Source of the DNA: Octopus sinensis
Taxonomy: Eukaryota
DNA: 64,000 nt
Direction of reading: 5' to 3'
Assembly: GCF_006345805.1 (NCBI RefSeq)
Contig: NC_043006.1
Span: forward strand, 103,106,001 to 103,170,000
Position numbers and translations under genes: made by a program. Below are positions 27,605 through 41,125 of this stretch, piece after piece; position 1 is the stretch's first letter, and the number at the start of each line of letters is the position of its first letter. Below the pieces are notes generated by a model. That model saw nothing but the letters and a program-made list of their open reading frames with translations. It made no database searches and had not been told where the DNA came from.

Positions 27605-27935
27605 CTAAGCAATTAAGGGTTTAGCAACGAATTGCCTTACCACACACCGAATTTAGAAATAGCAGTCAAAGAGATATAGCTATTCCTTCTACTAAAAGGG
27701 AGATCTCAGTAAAAACACAGCACTTGAAAGTGCTGTGTTTTTACTGAGATCTCCCTTTTAGTAGAAGGAATAGCTATATCTCTTTGACTGCTATTTCTAA
27801 ATTCGGTGTGTGGTAAGGCAATTCGTTGCTAAACCCTTAATTGCTCAGTATTACTTAAATTTTCCTCGAATGAGGCTTTTACATGCCGAAATTTACTTGG
27901 TGTAATTGATAATTATTCCAAATTAATTAATTTCG
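27603..27935. repeat. Fold-back element: 123-bp inverted arms (one mismatch, 2-nt loop) plus ~85-bp unpaired tail
   Basis: 27603-27725 is the reverse complement of 27728-27850; abuts (TA)n on the left; same family as 43178-43452. Confidence 0.95.
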
Positions 27936-27971
27936 GTATTTCAACGATATTTCACCATTTCTCTCTCTCTG

Positions 27972-28050
<79 letters not shown>

Positions 28051-30474
28051 GCGGCTTAGCTTTAGTTTCGTCTTTCAGAATGGATTGCGTATCTTGGCGA
28101 TAATGATGAAAAATATATTCCATTGCAACCTACTTTATCGAAGGCCAACATTCAATAATATGGGCTTTACTGTTATTTCAAATAGGATAAGAGATATTCC
28201 TTCCAAATGTCATGCACAATGTTCTTCGAAATATTTAAATGTGTAATCATGTTCATAATATCTCTTTTTAAATTAGCTAGCAGTCCCTCCTATATAATCA
28301 ATACCCATTTGGTTAATATTAGATTTGACAACAACTCTGTATGTAACAGAATATATTTAGGCAATTGCTACTGTGCAGGTTTATTCTTTAAGTGAGGAAA
28401 TTACATCATTCTATCCTATTGTTGGTTTCATTCTGGAGAGTTAAATTATTTATTTAAAACACGTGGTTTGCCTCTGGTTGTGATTCGCCATTAAAGGAGA
28501 CAGCATCATTTCTCGCTTAAACAAAGCTGAAGAGCATGTATATTTAATTTTCAATTTCAATCTTTTGAAAATTTCTTTCTTAGACCAAATGAAGTTCCTA
28601 TTTTTCTTTTTTTTTCTTTTTACTTTCATTTTACTTCGGGATTGTCGGCGCGGCATAACCCAAGTTACAAATTAAGCTACGAAGTTTCTTAAAAGATAGA
28701 GAAGACAAAGGATTGAAGATAGTTCATAGCTTAAGAAGACGTAAATCATTTTTTACTTTTTCTCTTTGCTCATACAAAATCGTTAACTATTTTTTTTATG
28801 CTCATCCTAAATAGTTAGCAACAGAGAAAAGTTATAGGAATTTTTTAAATACAGATAAAATATTCCCTGAGCAATTCTGTCTTGCAAAAACGTTCTTTGC
28901 ATAGCAACAGTTAACAATTTCATCACCAACATGTCTCGCAAGTCCGTTTTGATTTAGTCTTCTCTGGTGCAGATCAAGATTCACGGGTGCTCTTTCGTAT
29001 TATGCTACCCGTAGGGATCACTTATGATCTACATTTTTCCTGTTCATCTCGCCGTGGCTCTTACTGCCAATTTCCGTGGATAATCTTTGAAAAGCAACAG
29101 AGCGTTTCAAGCACATGATGTATCATTGTTAGTGATTTACCTTTGAAGAAGAGAGACTCTCTTCTGGGTTAAACAAAGTTAAAGAACCTTTATATTTAAT
29201 TTTCAATTAGTTTTGACAAAAGATATTATTTCTTACACAAAATTATTATCAATGGATGTATATCGTTAGAAAAGTTGGAGAGAAAAGTTTCTTATGGGTT
29301 CCACTCAAAGGCCTACCTGCTCTAAAATCACAGAACAAGATGAGTGGCGGTTTTATGTATCAGAGTTTTTACCCTTACCAAAGTAGCATAATTAAACGCC
29401 GTTGGTATTTCATTTACGTGTCTTCATATATGATTATATTTATTACATTTCATAGGCTTCTTTGAAACTGCTAGGATCCAGTGCATTATATTTTCACATT
29501 TTTACTCTAGTGAACACCATTCCATCATTGAACATTACTGAAATTCATTTGCCCAAATTAATGTGTAAGTTTCTGAGAAGAGAATGTGGGTGATTTGAAT
29601 TATTGCCTATGAATACGATTCTGTCATTCGATGTCATCTTGGAACATCCGTTGTTAGAGTTCGATAATACTTTTTAAAAAATTGAATATTTTTTGGTACT
29701 ACTTACTGTAATTTCTAGGTTCGAATATATACAAACTGACACAAATGCAGTACATTAAGTACACAGACGCACGCACTTATATAGAGTTGTTCAAATGCAA
29801 GTACGTGTGTTTCAAAATGCACTCAATATTGATGCACTTAGACACATAAAGCAGTTGAAACTGTTGTCACTCAGAAGTACATAAAGACACATGTTTGTCA
29901 ATAGACATAAAAACACACACAGGCTACGCTAACAAGCATTTCAATAAAAAAAAAAACCGACATAGCAAACCCTTCAACCAACTTCACAGACACAGGGACC
30001 CCACAATTGCAGTAACCAATGAAATTCACGACACTACAATGCAACCCACCCAATTGTTGTGCAAAATGTTGCTTCTAGTCTGTTGGAATCAATACATGAA
30101 GGTAGAATAATGGAGCTTACTTGAGCTCTATCTCTATGGCTGCTATGTTTTTTCGAATAACGTTTAATGGCAAATGATGACATTCTTGACAAGCAGGATT
30201 TTATTCAAAAGTTTGGCATTTCCGAACGATAAATTGGTATAGCCATTAACTTAACTATTGTTGAAATCCTTGAAGTTGAACACGACTTAAAAAGAACTAA
30301 ATAAGACTCGCAGAAAGCCCAATGAATGAAAAGTTTGCTTATATAAATCAGTCATCTCTCTCTCTCTCTCTTTCAAGTTTTTTAGAATTTTATCAACAAG
30401 AAAAGCAGAATAATCTATAGTCAATTCTCCAATAAATAAATAGTTAATAAACTATGCTGCTACAATATCAAGGA

Positions 30475-30872
30475 CTAGCAGTATAGCCTAGCGTTGCTCG
30501 GGCTTCTTTTCTTTTCGACCCCTTAGAATTAGAATTTTTGAAAAGTAAAAATTTTGCATTATGTAGCTTGTTATTCTCTTTAAGTGAACATTTTTCTGGC
30601 TGAAATGCTCCGAAAAATGGCGACATAGCAGTCAAAATATCGTAAAAAATAGGGATTTTCATAGAAAAAAAGCACCTTTTTGATGTTAAAAATGTTTGTT
30701 GTTAACATGGTCCAATTTGAATTTTTTTCTTCTACGGAAGGTAGAGCAAGCCTGCTTCTATCATACTCTCAATTTTGGTCAACTTTGCCGCAGGGCCTCG
30801 GAAGAGATAGTGTTAGTTGAAGGCTACCGATTCTGCCATACACAGACAACTTCAGCTTTATATATAGAGAGA
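30475..30872 (-). mobile_element. Non-autonomous Helitron, second family
   Basis: Minus strand: A|TCTCTCTATATATAAAG start, cccgagcaacgctagg hairpin, CTAG|T end. Confidence 0.8.
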
Positions 30873-31059
30873 TTTGTTAAGTAGCTGATTGAAAAAGAAT
30901 AGCATTGCGCTATCTTAAACATCACCATCCCGACTTTCATTTACCGATTGCTTAACTTACAGGTATAAAACTTCTGTGCCAGACGTATAAAAAATATTTT
31001 TAATGCAAGCTACACATAAAAAAAGGTTCATATTCCGTGCTTCCACAAAATCATCAAAT

Positions 31060-31102
<43 letters not shown>

Positions 31103-31919
31103 TTGTGTTGCAAGATTCAAGATTCCTGATGTGACATCGTTTGTTGAAACAAATATTGTTGTATTTCGGGATGATCATTTTTTTCTCTTTTATGTCAAAT
31201 AAACACACGCACTATAATAGGTGTTCTTCACTCGTTTATTATTGTTCTTATCTATAACTCATGTCCATTGTCCGTCAGAATGGAGTAAGTGGAACGAGAG
31301 CACGCACGAAAACGAAAAGTGCCGTTGAAGAGGTCACAGATGTGTGACAAAAGATTTCCGGACAATGGACATGAGTTAAAATAACAGTAATAAACAAGTG
31401 AAGAACTAATATAGTGTGTGTGTGTTTGTTTGGCAAAAGAAAAATGACCATCCCGAAATACAACAATATATATGTGTATATTTTATATGTGTGTGTGTAT
31501 ATATAAATAATATATACATATATAAATATATATAGGTATATATGTGTATAGGTATGTATGCATATACGTATATATATACGTGTGTATGTAGATGTGTATG
31601 AGAGAGAGTGAAAAAAGGAGAGGGAGAGATTTATGTTCTTTTTAAATAAGCCACTATCAAATTACAAATCTTAATCGTGGATCAAGGAGCAATAATATTT
31701 AACTTATACAGTTACACACTATAAACAATTTCTTTGTCTTACATTGGAAGCAGGGTCCTAGGATGCTCTGCCTCTTTTAGTCATTACATCGTCTAAAACC
31801 TTCCTTCTTTCTCTTCTGCTTTTGATTTTCGAACCTTCTGGCAATTATTCGATGTTCTATAGACTGAATATGCAAAACACAATTAAGTAATTAATTGCTC
31901 TTAATCATAACTCCATCGG

Positions 31920-31983
31920 CTGCCATGTATAGTATTTGAACCCCTTAAGTGCTGCCATGTATAGTATTTGAACCCCTTAAGTG
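31920..31983. repeat. Perfect 32-bp tandem duplication
   Basis: ctgccatgtatagtatttgaaccccttaagtg twice. Confidence 0.95.
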
Positions 31984-32159
31984 AATTGCCGTCTCTTTAC
32001 AGTGTCTGGAAATTTAGACAGACTTTTTTATTTCTTTGATGCAGTTGAAATATTCCTAGCAAAGGTTTCCGTTTCTATCTCAACTTAGCGTACAAAAGAT
32101 TTAGATTGTTGGGAATTTCTAAATCGCTATATTCCGGACATATGTCTACAGTGACATTA

Positions 32160-32530
32160 TACTCTTTTACTCTTTTACTTGTTTCAGTCATTTGACTGTG
32201 GCCATGCCGGAGCACCGCCTTTAGTACTTAATCTATCGGTCTCTTTTTGCCGAACCGCTAAGTGACGGGGACGTAAACACACCAGCATCGGTAGTCAAGC
32301 AATGCTAGGGGGACAAACACAGACACACAAACACACACACATACATATATATATACATATATACGACAGGCTTCTTTCAGTTTCCGTCTACCAAATCCAC
32401 TCACAAGGCATTGGTCGGCCCGGGGCTATAGCAGAAGACACTTGCCCAAGATGCCACGCAGTGGGACTGAACCCGGAACCATGTGGTTGGTTAGCAAGCT
32501 ACTTACCACACAGCCACTCCTGCGCCTATG
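32160..32530 (-). mobile_element. SINE family B (internally deleted)
   Basis: Reverse complement of the family B head and tail with an internal CA/TA run. Confidence 0.85.
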
Positions 32531-33049
32531 CTTGTATTTTTTTATTATTTGAGATAGTATTTTAACGGCCATGGTGATCAAGATCGAAATAAAAATGAAT
32601 AAATAACCACATTCTAATTAGTTTGCAAAGAGTAATAGAAGGATGAACATGCTGAAAATTAAATGTCCTCAAATACAGCTCGCACACCGTATAACCATCG
32701 TATCTCTGGATAAGCTAGTGGGCATAATATACTTCACGCTGATAATTCTGAGGAGACATGACAACTGGATTACACAATAATTTCAATGGGCCACAGAAAC
32801 GCGCATCTGTTGTATAAAGCTTTAAAATACCATTTACATTATATATTAATATTTCACCTAGGCATTGCAATGCTAATAAACTGGTGCTAAAACTCAATAA
32901 ACATAAGCTTCAGGACGAAGCGTTAGTCCAGTAGAGAGTGGTTATTAGAAATTGGTGTGGCAAAGGAAATAAACAATTATGCTATGTACTTGCAATACTT
33001 CTACTTTAAGATGGAATGCACTAATAGTTGAGTGCTTCCTTTATAAGCG

Positions 33050-33101
<52 letters not shown>

Positions 33102-33185
33102 GTCACATTCAAAATGTGACCGCGTGTGTACCGTAGGCGATTTTTTTTCTCCGTATTCCCTTCTTTGGCTCTTTCCTTCTCCTAT

Positions 33186-33220
33186 GTTTCCGACGAAGAG
33201 CTCCGCTCGAAAAGTTAAAC
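33186..33220 (+). ncRNA. Degenerate minimal hammerhead-like motif in a TA-adjacent element (~33120-33316)
   Basis: GTTT-CCGACGA-A-GAGC-tcc-GCTC-GAAA-AG-TT-AAAC; helices I and II perfect, one core change (U to C) and a broken helix III pair. Confidence 0.65.
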
Positions 33221-33316
33221 CCTCCTTCTTTCCTGAGCGTCCAATAATACTATACTTGTTCCACGTCCTCGCGTTGTTGTCTTTTCTCTTTGTGTTTTCA
33301 TGTTTGGATTAACTTG

Positions 33317-33368
<52 letters not shown>

Positions 33369-33416
33369 CAATATTATATGTATATGCATATATATGTGTA
33401 TATATGTATATATATG

Positions 33417-33476
<60 letters not shown>

Positions 33477-34689
33477 TTACATATATCATACATGCATAAA
33501 ATGTATATGTATGTATACGTATGTATAATATCTCTCTCTATATATGCGTATGTATAAAAGAAACTGGTACTTGCACACACAAACATGTTAAGGACATGAA
33601 GATGTCTCCTGTTTATTCTTTTATATTAAGAATGTTTTCATATTTCTTTATAAAACATTTATGCTTCATTTCGACCAAACCATTCGTGCGTCCATTAGTC
33701 CATTAATGTTTCAACGTCTTTCCGCCAACTTCATAAAGACGACAGTTATGACGCGGTGTTTACGCGCTTAGCAGTAGGCCGCGAACCATCATGGGTATAC
33801 TGTTATAACTAATAAATAGCTGAAACCCTGGTTTAAGAATTACGCCTTGGTTAAGTCCTGATAGATTTTGTTACTTATTTTACGTGTGATGTAACTAAGT
33901 GTTGACGTTTTTGTTAGTATTTTCCTATTAACACAACTACTATTGTTATTCTTTTGTGTGTGTGTGTAACTCTATATAAAGTTGTAGAAGTGTGAAATTA
34001 AATTCGAAAATAGTCATGTTTTCTATATAACATATCTGCTGCTCTTTTTTGACACGTACACACAGATACACACACACACTCTATCTCTCTCACCCACATA
34101 CGTACTTACACACTCATACATACAAAGACCCACTCAAAAATATATCTACACTTGTATGAATATCCAGGCATATATATATATATGAGTATATGTATATATA
34201 TATCTGTGTGAGAGTATATATATAAATATCTGTGTGTGTGAGTGTATATATATATATATACGTATATATAAACATACATACACACATACACACACATACG
34301 CACACACAAGCACACAGATATATTATATTGGAAAGAAACCTCTGAGACATTTCAAAGTAAGAAAGAAACAAATTCGTCTTTGGTCTTAATTGATATATTT
34401 AATCAAAATAATATTTTTCATCCTTATTGATAACATAATGACATTTATTGAGAAAATTACTAAAACAAAGAAACAGTCAATACTATATTTAACCACTTCA
34501 TAATTAATGAACTTCTCATGTAAAAATAATATACAAGAATGATGGATGGAATAAAGTAAGGAAGAGGAAGTAAAACTCGTATTTAGTGCCATAATCCTGC
34601 TTTATCTTACACGCGCAACACCCCTTTATGATTGACCAATGATTGGAAGCTAAAATATTTGCGTCATGCCTCGTTTCCTTGTTATAATA

Positions 34690-35130
34690 TTTTATAATAG
34701 ATGACTCACTTTAGAACCCACAAAGCAAAGAGCATAACTTTTTGCGTGTAGTTCTGTTTGAATATGGATATTCCTTGAATATGGTTATTCGTTAGATATG
34801 ATTATAAGGTGGGCCCCTTTTTTACCAATTGTGATGTCTCTTCTCAGAGAAAACTCGGTAAAGTTTGCGTCAATGACAAGCAAGGGGCAACACTTGGGTT
34901 AAGCTGAGAAACAGTCAGATGATGGGGAATCCACTGAGCAAATTGAGACAATCTTCCTCGCCCGCGAAGATGTTTCATCATCGAAGTGTGACATGAAATG
35001 TACTGCTTTGTCTACACTGGCAGTTGACTGCAAGTATTGAAATAGTACACTCAAATAATCGCATAAAGAATGCAACGGGACTTTGTCTCTAAGCTAATGC
35101 ACTCACACATGCACAAAAGGAGGTTAGTTT
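34690..35130 (-). pseudogene. Degenerate mariner transposase fragment
   Basis: Minus strand: CHTSMMKHLRGRGRLSQFAQWIPHHLTVSQLN (WVPHEL motif), downstream KVML..W..*VIYY. Confidence 0.7.
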
Positions 35131-35779
35131 TGAGAAGTAGTGTATGGGGCAAATATGAAATGCTGCTTCAGAATAAGGGCGAAATGTGATCCTAATTGTG
35201 CAAGTGTATTTTGATGTTGTTGTTGTATAGTCCAATTGTTGTATAGTCCAATTTGAAAATTGAGTAATGGGACTTATGAGCAAAATAATCGTCACCAGTA
35301 GACATCGTCTCGGATCTACAACACTTCATTCAGTGAACCGTCCAGGATATCGTGTGAAGAAGTTCCCCTACCTAACAGATGAAACAGGTGTTGTGCCTCA
35401 AAGTTAAGCTTAGGAGAGCAGGATCCCATTAGATTATCCCGTAAATAATCCGGCAGAAGGCAATGCTTCAGATCATGAATCTGCAGATCTGGTCATGGAT
35501 TAACCATGATATCTACTGCTTGTGGGCTTGGCATACACAGAAAAAGAAAATGAAACAAGGGGACATGAAGTTGTTGCACCAGAAAACATCTCATCTTTCG
35601 GTCAATAAATCATACACATAGGCTTAGTATCGCAAGTTTTATACACCTACCATTAGTCTATGTATCTTCACACGCACACGCACGCACGTGCATATACACA
35701 TACATACACACACACAGAGGCACGCATGCACGCATGCACACACGCACACACGCGCGGGCGCACACAGAGAGACAAAGGA

Positions 35780-36330
35780 AGAGATAGATCTGTTAGGTAC
35801 GGTGTACGCCTGTGCCTCACTTACAGAGCATCGACGACAACTGCCAATCTCATTGCTTATACATTGGCCAACATCATTAACTCTACATTTAGAAGAGTTA
35901 AAGGCATGAAATTATGAAAATTCATCCCTCTGTTTGGGTCCTTTCTTAGTAGCACCACTATTCTTTTGGAACGATTGTAAAACCTAGCGTTCTGCTTCCA
36001 GTTGCGGTAGACACCTGCCAAGAGTTCCTCCAACAAATCTGGCATATGACGATAAAGCTTTTGGGGTAAATTCAGCCCCGGCAACTTCCCCACTGTACAA
36101 CGCATCATCGCTTCTCGCATATCGTCACCTGTTATTGGCGGTTCGCAGAATACCAGACTCCGAGTCAAGAGCCGCTTTGTTGCGTCTTTGCGATTCTACC
36201 ACCGAAATCCATCGAAACGACTCTTATGAATGTGAGCATGCGCCCTATCACGTCCAAACATGCCGATCTGAGCAGGCAACCCAGTTTCCAGGACGACCCC
36301 AGATCATGTTCACTTATGCTACCCACTCTT
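35780..36330 (-). pseudogene. L1/Tx1-clade LINE fragment, N-terminal part of RT
   Basis: PITGDDMREAM..GKLPGL..LY..IVVLLRKDPNRG..NFMPLTLLNVELMMLANV*AMRL..PNRS, a degenerate version of the KSPG.DG / NYRPI.LLN..KIL.K / PGRSI motifs. Confidence 0.75.
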
Positions 36331-37689
36331 AAGATCAAATTGCAGGTTGAAAAGTAAAGAGATGCGAAGGAAATGGGTCATTTACCTAGTTGGTGGTTCA
36401 GAAGACGCGGTGACTCGGTCTTCATGGAGTTTTAGTATTCTTTTGTTTAGTGCTTTAGACGCCTACTGCCGGCCCTTACGTGCCGACTTCACACATACTG
36501 GTGGGTTACAGTAAGTAATCTTAGATAACAATACTCAAAATATATAACAGACTGGAATTGTAGGCCCGTCTCTTGCAATTTCGATCAATTGTATCTTGTC
36601 CTCCCTCTTGTATAGAAGTGTGGCTACAATCCAGTCTACCTCTACTTCTGGAGGGGACATATTAATTTTTTATCCGGGACGTCCTACGTACCAGATATAA
36701 AGGTAAAAATAAAATATTTCCGCTTTGCAAGTTTCGAGTCGAGTACTCCCTTGCACGCTCCGTTGACTCGAACCTTGCTTCTATTGTGGCGAATTTACCG
36801 CCTCTGGTTAGATATCTTTCATAGTCGCACCAAGACACTTTTCGATGGTGCTTTCCTCCAGGTGTTCAAATCTTTTTTTTTCTACATTGTATACTTTATA
36901 GACAATAGTCTTTTCTTTAATTTAATTTTTAAATTTCGTTTGGTGATCAATCCGTATTTCTTCCATTTTAATTTCAATGAGTTCGCGCCCGTCGACGGCT
37001 ACAGCGAAATTCACTTTTGAACTTTCTTCTATCGAACGCATTCTAACAAAAATGCTTCCGTGTAAACGGTGAAAATATTATCAATTTCCCGAAACGGACA
37101 CAATTCAATTTTTAAACAATAACCAAAGCTCCTTCTCCCAAAGGGGGAGGGTTACAGTTTACAATGATTTAACAAATGCAACACAACAATGTTTCCTTTA
37201 CGAGGAACCAACAAACGTGATAACAATAGTTAAACAGTAATAATAATAACAACAACAAACCTTACAATGAGTCAGAAAGTAGTAAGCAGTTGAAGCTTTA
37301 GTCCTTTATGTATAAGAAATAAACCAACAGGAGCGGCTGTTCGAGAAAACAGATATTACATACAGTCAAACTTCATATAGATACTTAATGTTAGCTAATT
37401 AGCAGATAATCTAATGTAAAAGCACAGCTCCATCTGGACTATTCCATTTCTGCACGCTAATTTTATTTTTAATTTATTCCCATTCATGTGAAACCACTTA
37501 TTCAAGTTCAAGTCATTGATGCAACTTTATACCAATTGCTATTTTTACTTTTGTTATGTTACGATTATATTATACTTTAGTTTGATTTTAATTATTACTT
37601 ACTACATATATTATTTTTATTGTTAAAGTGAAAGCATCTGACATAAAATAGAGAAATGTTTTTCTTTCACTTTTAACACGACACGTAAT

Positions 37690-38037
37690 ACTGAAATGGT
37701 GGAGAAGATATGATATTGCTATGGGCTCGCTCTAGGCAAGAAGTTGAACATATTTTGCCCATGAAACGACATGGACCCTAAGTAAGGCATGTGTAAAATT
37801 TGAATGAAATTGGTTGTGTAGTTCTCAGGTTTTAGGGAATCGTAGTGGAGAAGATATAATATTGCTGTGGGCTCGCCCTAGGCAAAAAGTTAAAACTTTT
37901 TTTGCCGATGACACTCCCCGGACCCTAAGTAAGACATGTGTAAAATTTGAATGAAATTGGTGGTGTAGTTCTCAAGTTTTAGGGAAACACACAGACAGAC
38001 AGACAGACACACATTCTCAGTTTTATATATAGAGAGA
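37690..38037 (-). mobile_element. Helitron-like non-autonomous element, 5' end, with 145-bp internal tandem duplication
   Basis: A|TCTCTCTATATATAAAAC terminus like the other Helitrons; gtggagaagat at 37699 and 37844; CTAG end not found. Confidence 0.6.
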
Positions 38038-38833
38038 TATGTGAGTGTGTTTGTGTGTGTGAATACGCGTCCCCCCCATATGCACACACACACATCTATA
38101 TATATATATATATATATATATAAATATATATATATATATGCATACATACAAACTCAATTATATATATGGCATCATAATTTTTAGTTTCGTACGCTACTCG
38201 CCTAACAATTTCAGAAACAAATATATATTTCAAAAAAATGCCTAGAAAATAGCTATATTAATGTCTGTCTTTCTTGGTACATTAGTCACTCGACCGTATT
38301 TTCAGATTGCCGAACCGCTTGTCCACATAGCTGGAACCAAATTCTCGAGAAAGACATAACAGTTGGATGCACATCTCGAATCACATAACGTGCCATAAAT
38401 AAACGAGAATTTAATAAATTGTGTTTCATATTACTTTATACTTTAGCAAAGAACCGGAATATTCACTTATGTTAATCGAACTATCAAACATAGCTTAACA
38501 ATATCGTAAACGTAAACTCTGTTTTCACCTTTCCTATAGCCCACTTATTCAACGCAACACACACACAAGCTCGCACACGTACATACTCACACACACTGAC
38601 AAACACAAAAGCACGCACGCGCACATACACGCACAGAGTTATGCCCACATACACACCTATACACGGCTGCAAATTGATTTGAGATATTACAGATCCTAAG
38701 CTGTCTGGCTGATAAGCAAATCTTCATTCATCAATTAGTTTTGTATCTGTATTAAAATATCTTTTTGTATTCCCCCGCATAGATGAATATTCCAATCATT
38801 TATATGTGTGTGTATATATATATATGTGTCTGT

Positions 38834-38881
<48 letters not shown>

Positions 38882-38961
38882 TTTGTTTTGCAAGAATTTC
38901 GATCTGAAAACGTGTGTCGAAACCAAATTTGTTACGTTTGTGAAGAGCCAAAATTAAGAAG

Positions 38962-39028
<67 letters not shown>

Positions 39029-39439
39029 CAAACACACACAAACATACCGGTTGTTGCTTGTCTATTGTTCATTTATATATTTCTTTTGAAACATTTTCCC
39101 GAAATATTTTCCGCCAAACCAATCTTTGGTTTTCTCCCCGAATGTATATTTTCTATTTTCAATGCTTGTTCTACTGTTTATATCTGCTTTATTTTTGCTG
39201 TTTTAACATTTCTGTTGTATCATGCTTGCAAATTGATGGCATTTTCGTTTACGTAACACTATTGTTTTATTTAGTATCAAAACAAATGTCTCAGTGTGTA
39301 GACAATTAGAAAATGTTTTTGTATATATTTTAACATTATTTTTATATTGCTTTATTTCTAAGTTATCGTAATCATTCATTCTTCATATTAATTGTGAATG
39401 AATGGGATCTACATCATACATTTCACAGTCTGCTTAACT

Positions 39440-39865
39440 TGTAAAGCTGGTTGTCTGGAATGACTTTCTACTTCAGCATTTTTATTGAGCCATAATATAT
39501 TAGTTAGACATTGTGATAAACTGCTTTAATTGCTCTCCCTATTGTTCTACAAATCTTTCACGTAGGCTTTGCGATGTCTCCCCTATGTACATTGTGATGT
39601 CGTTTCACATTGTCTCTTCATGTATGTCATATCATACACAAAATGTCTAATTTTCCTGTTTCGTAGGTGGTTATACATACTTTTCAATTGACGGTGTAAG
39701 GTTTTATCTGAAATGAGTATCACTTTCTGGGTAGCTACTTAATAGAAAAGCCTGTTGCTTTCAACAATTCAATGTTACGTTTTGTGTCAGGAACAGCCCA
39801 ACTTAGAAAAACCATGATCAGATAAGAAAGACAATACAGTTGATGCTACTATAATTTGGATGCGA
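39440..39865 (-). pseudogene. Second, highly degenerate Penelope-like GIY-YIG fragment
   Basis: Minus strand: FVYDMT (39634-39639 = VY) ... MYIGETSQSLRERFVE (YIGET = 39575-39589); upstream IVE..RSIK..YSF resembles the linker of the 20.9 kb element. Not in the ORF track. Confidence 0.7.
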
Positions 39866-39868
39866 AAA

Positions 39869-40221
39869 TCTTTATATATAAAAGTGAAGTTGTGTGTCTG
39901 TCTCCTACGATTTAGATTCCTAACTACTCCCACATTTTGCGGTGCAGTGTAACCAAAACCGGGTATCTTATAGTCGTGATTCATATGAAGCCCTTCTGGG
40001 TATTAGCGCGCGTCTACGATGAGTCTACAATTTTAAAAATAATTTACCATAATGTTTTTCCATTTTAATGCATTTTTTCGCTATTATATAAGGGAAGTAA
40101 CTCTCTAAAAATGTCTACGATTTTAATGCATTTTTTTTGCTATTTTTTGCTATAACTCTCTAAAAATGCTTATATAGTTATTTCCCTTACAAACCCGAGC
40201 AACGCTGGGCGATACTGCTAG
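39869..40221 (+). mobile_element. Non-autonomous Helitron
   Basis: A|TCTTTATATATAAAAG ... cccgagcaacgctggg-cgatactg-CTAG|T; same family as 21973-22351. Confidence 0.9.
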
Positions 40222-40705
40222 TAACATATATTTGAATTTAGTAATACGTTAATACCAACATAATAATTCTCTGCATACAATTCTCTGGTTAAATGGCTGC
40301 AACTGATGGGGGACGTTAGACAAGGTAAGCTCTGTACGTAAACAGGAAGAAGGAGGAGAGAGAAAATTAACGAGAATAGGGAGAACGAAAGAGAAATGGA
40401 AGAGGAAGCGAATAGTACGAGTTTGAAGTGTGTACATGTGTATATGGAAAGAACCTTCCATAAACGAGGTGGTACCAAAGATTGCCGGATATTTTATGTT
40501 TGATGAAAAATAGCGTATTCACCTAGATTTTAACACCACATTCTTCGAATTAGTCATATTGCACAGCAATAAACTGGTCCTACTGTTCCTGCCACTTTTC
40601 GAATCTGGCCTGGACGTCGTTTTCCGTAAGAGTGTCGAGGACATTCTATGATTCGCTCTGGATTTCGAAACTGGGTTATCATTCCTAAGGTATTTTTCGA
40701 TGTTG

Positions 40706-40772
<67 letters not shown>

Positions 40773-40777
<5 letters not shown>

Positions 40778-40867
40778 TCATTGCCTGGAATCGAACTCAG
40801 AATCTTGGGGTTGATAGCCCGCGCTCTTAATCACTACGCCTTATGCCCGTGGGCATATGGCGTAGTG
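40773..40867 (-). mobile_element. Short tRNA-like SINE with (AAT)n tail and inverted duplicate of its own 5' end
   Basis: Minus strand gggcataaggcgtagtgattaagagcgcgggc..gagttcgattccaggc..gacctgaataataat; 40832-40848 is inverted at 40851-40867. Confidence 0.7.
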
Positions 40868-40914
40868 GACAAGATGAGGACAAATATCCGTAAATTGTAA
40901 TAATGTAAATAATG

Positions 40915-41094
40915 TAGGCATAGGAGTGGCTGTGTTGTAAGTAACTTGCTTACGAACCACATGGTTCCGGGTTCAGTCCCACTGCGCGGAACCGATAGTC
41001 TTCTACTATAACCTCGGGCCAACCAAAGCCTTGTGAGTGGATTTGGTAGAGGGAAACTGAAAGAAGCCCGTCCTATATATGTATATATATACAC

Positions 41095-41125
<31 letters not shown>

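Noticed and set aside
27603-27850. Interpretation as an ordinary TA-TSD MITE or as a CRISPR-like/terminator structure
   Set aside because: Both family copies share an ~85-bp tail beyond the right arm and fold at different points; there is no repeat-spacer pattern, and the context is eukaryotic.
27864-27910. cgaatga-GGC-ttttacat-GCC-GAAA in the fold-back tail (also ~43364-43392)
   Set aside because: Helix II and GAAA fit a hammerhead, but both copies read CGAATGA rather than CTGANGA, the second copy has GAAG, and helix I does not pair; kept only as a weak possibility.
38180-38220. Minus-strand ctgaaat..gcgtac-GAAAC near a TA array
   Set aside because: Too many changes are needed in the core and helices to be distinguishable from chance.
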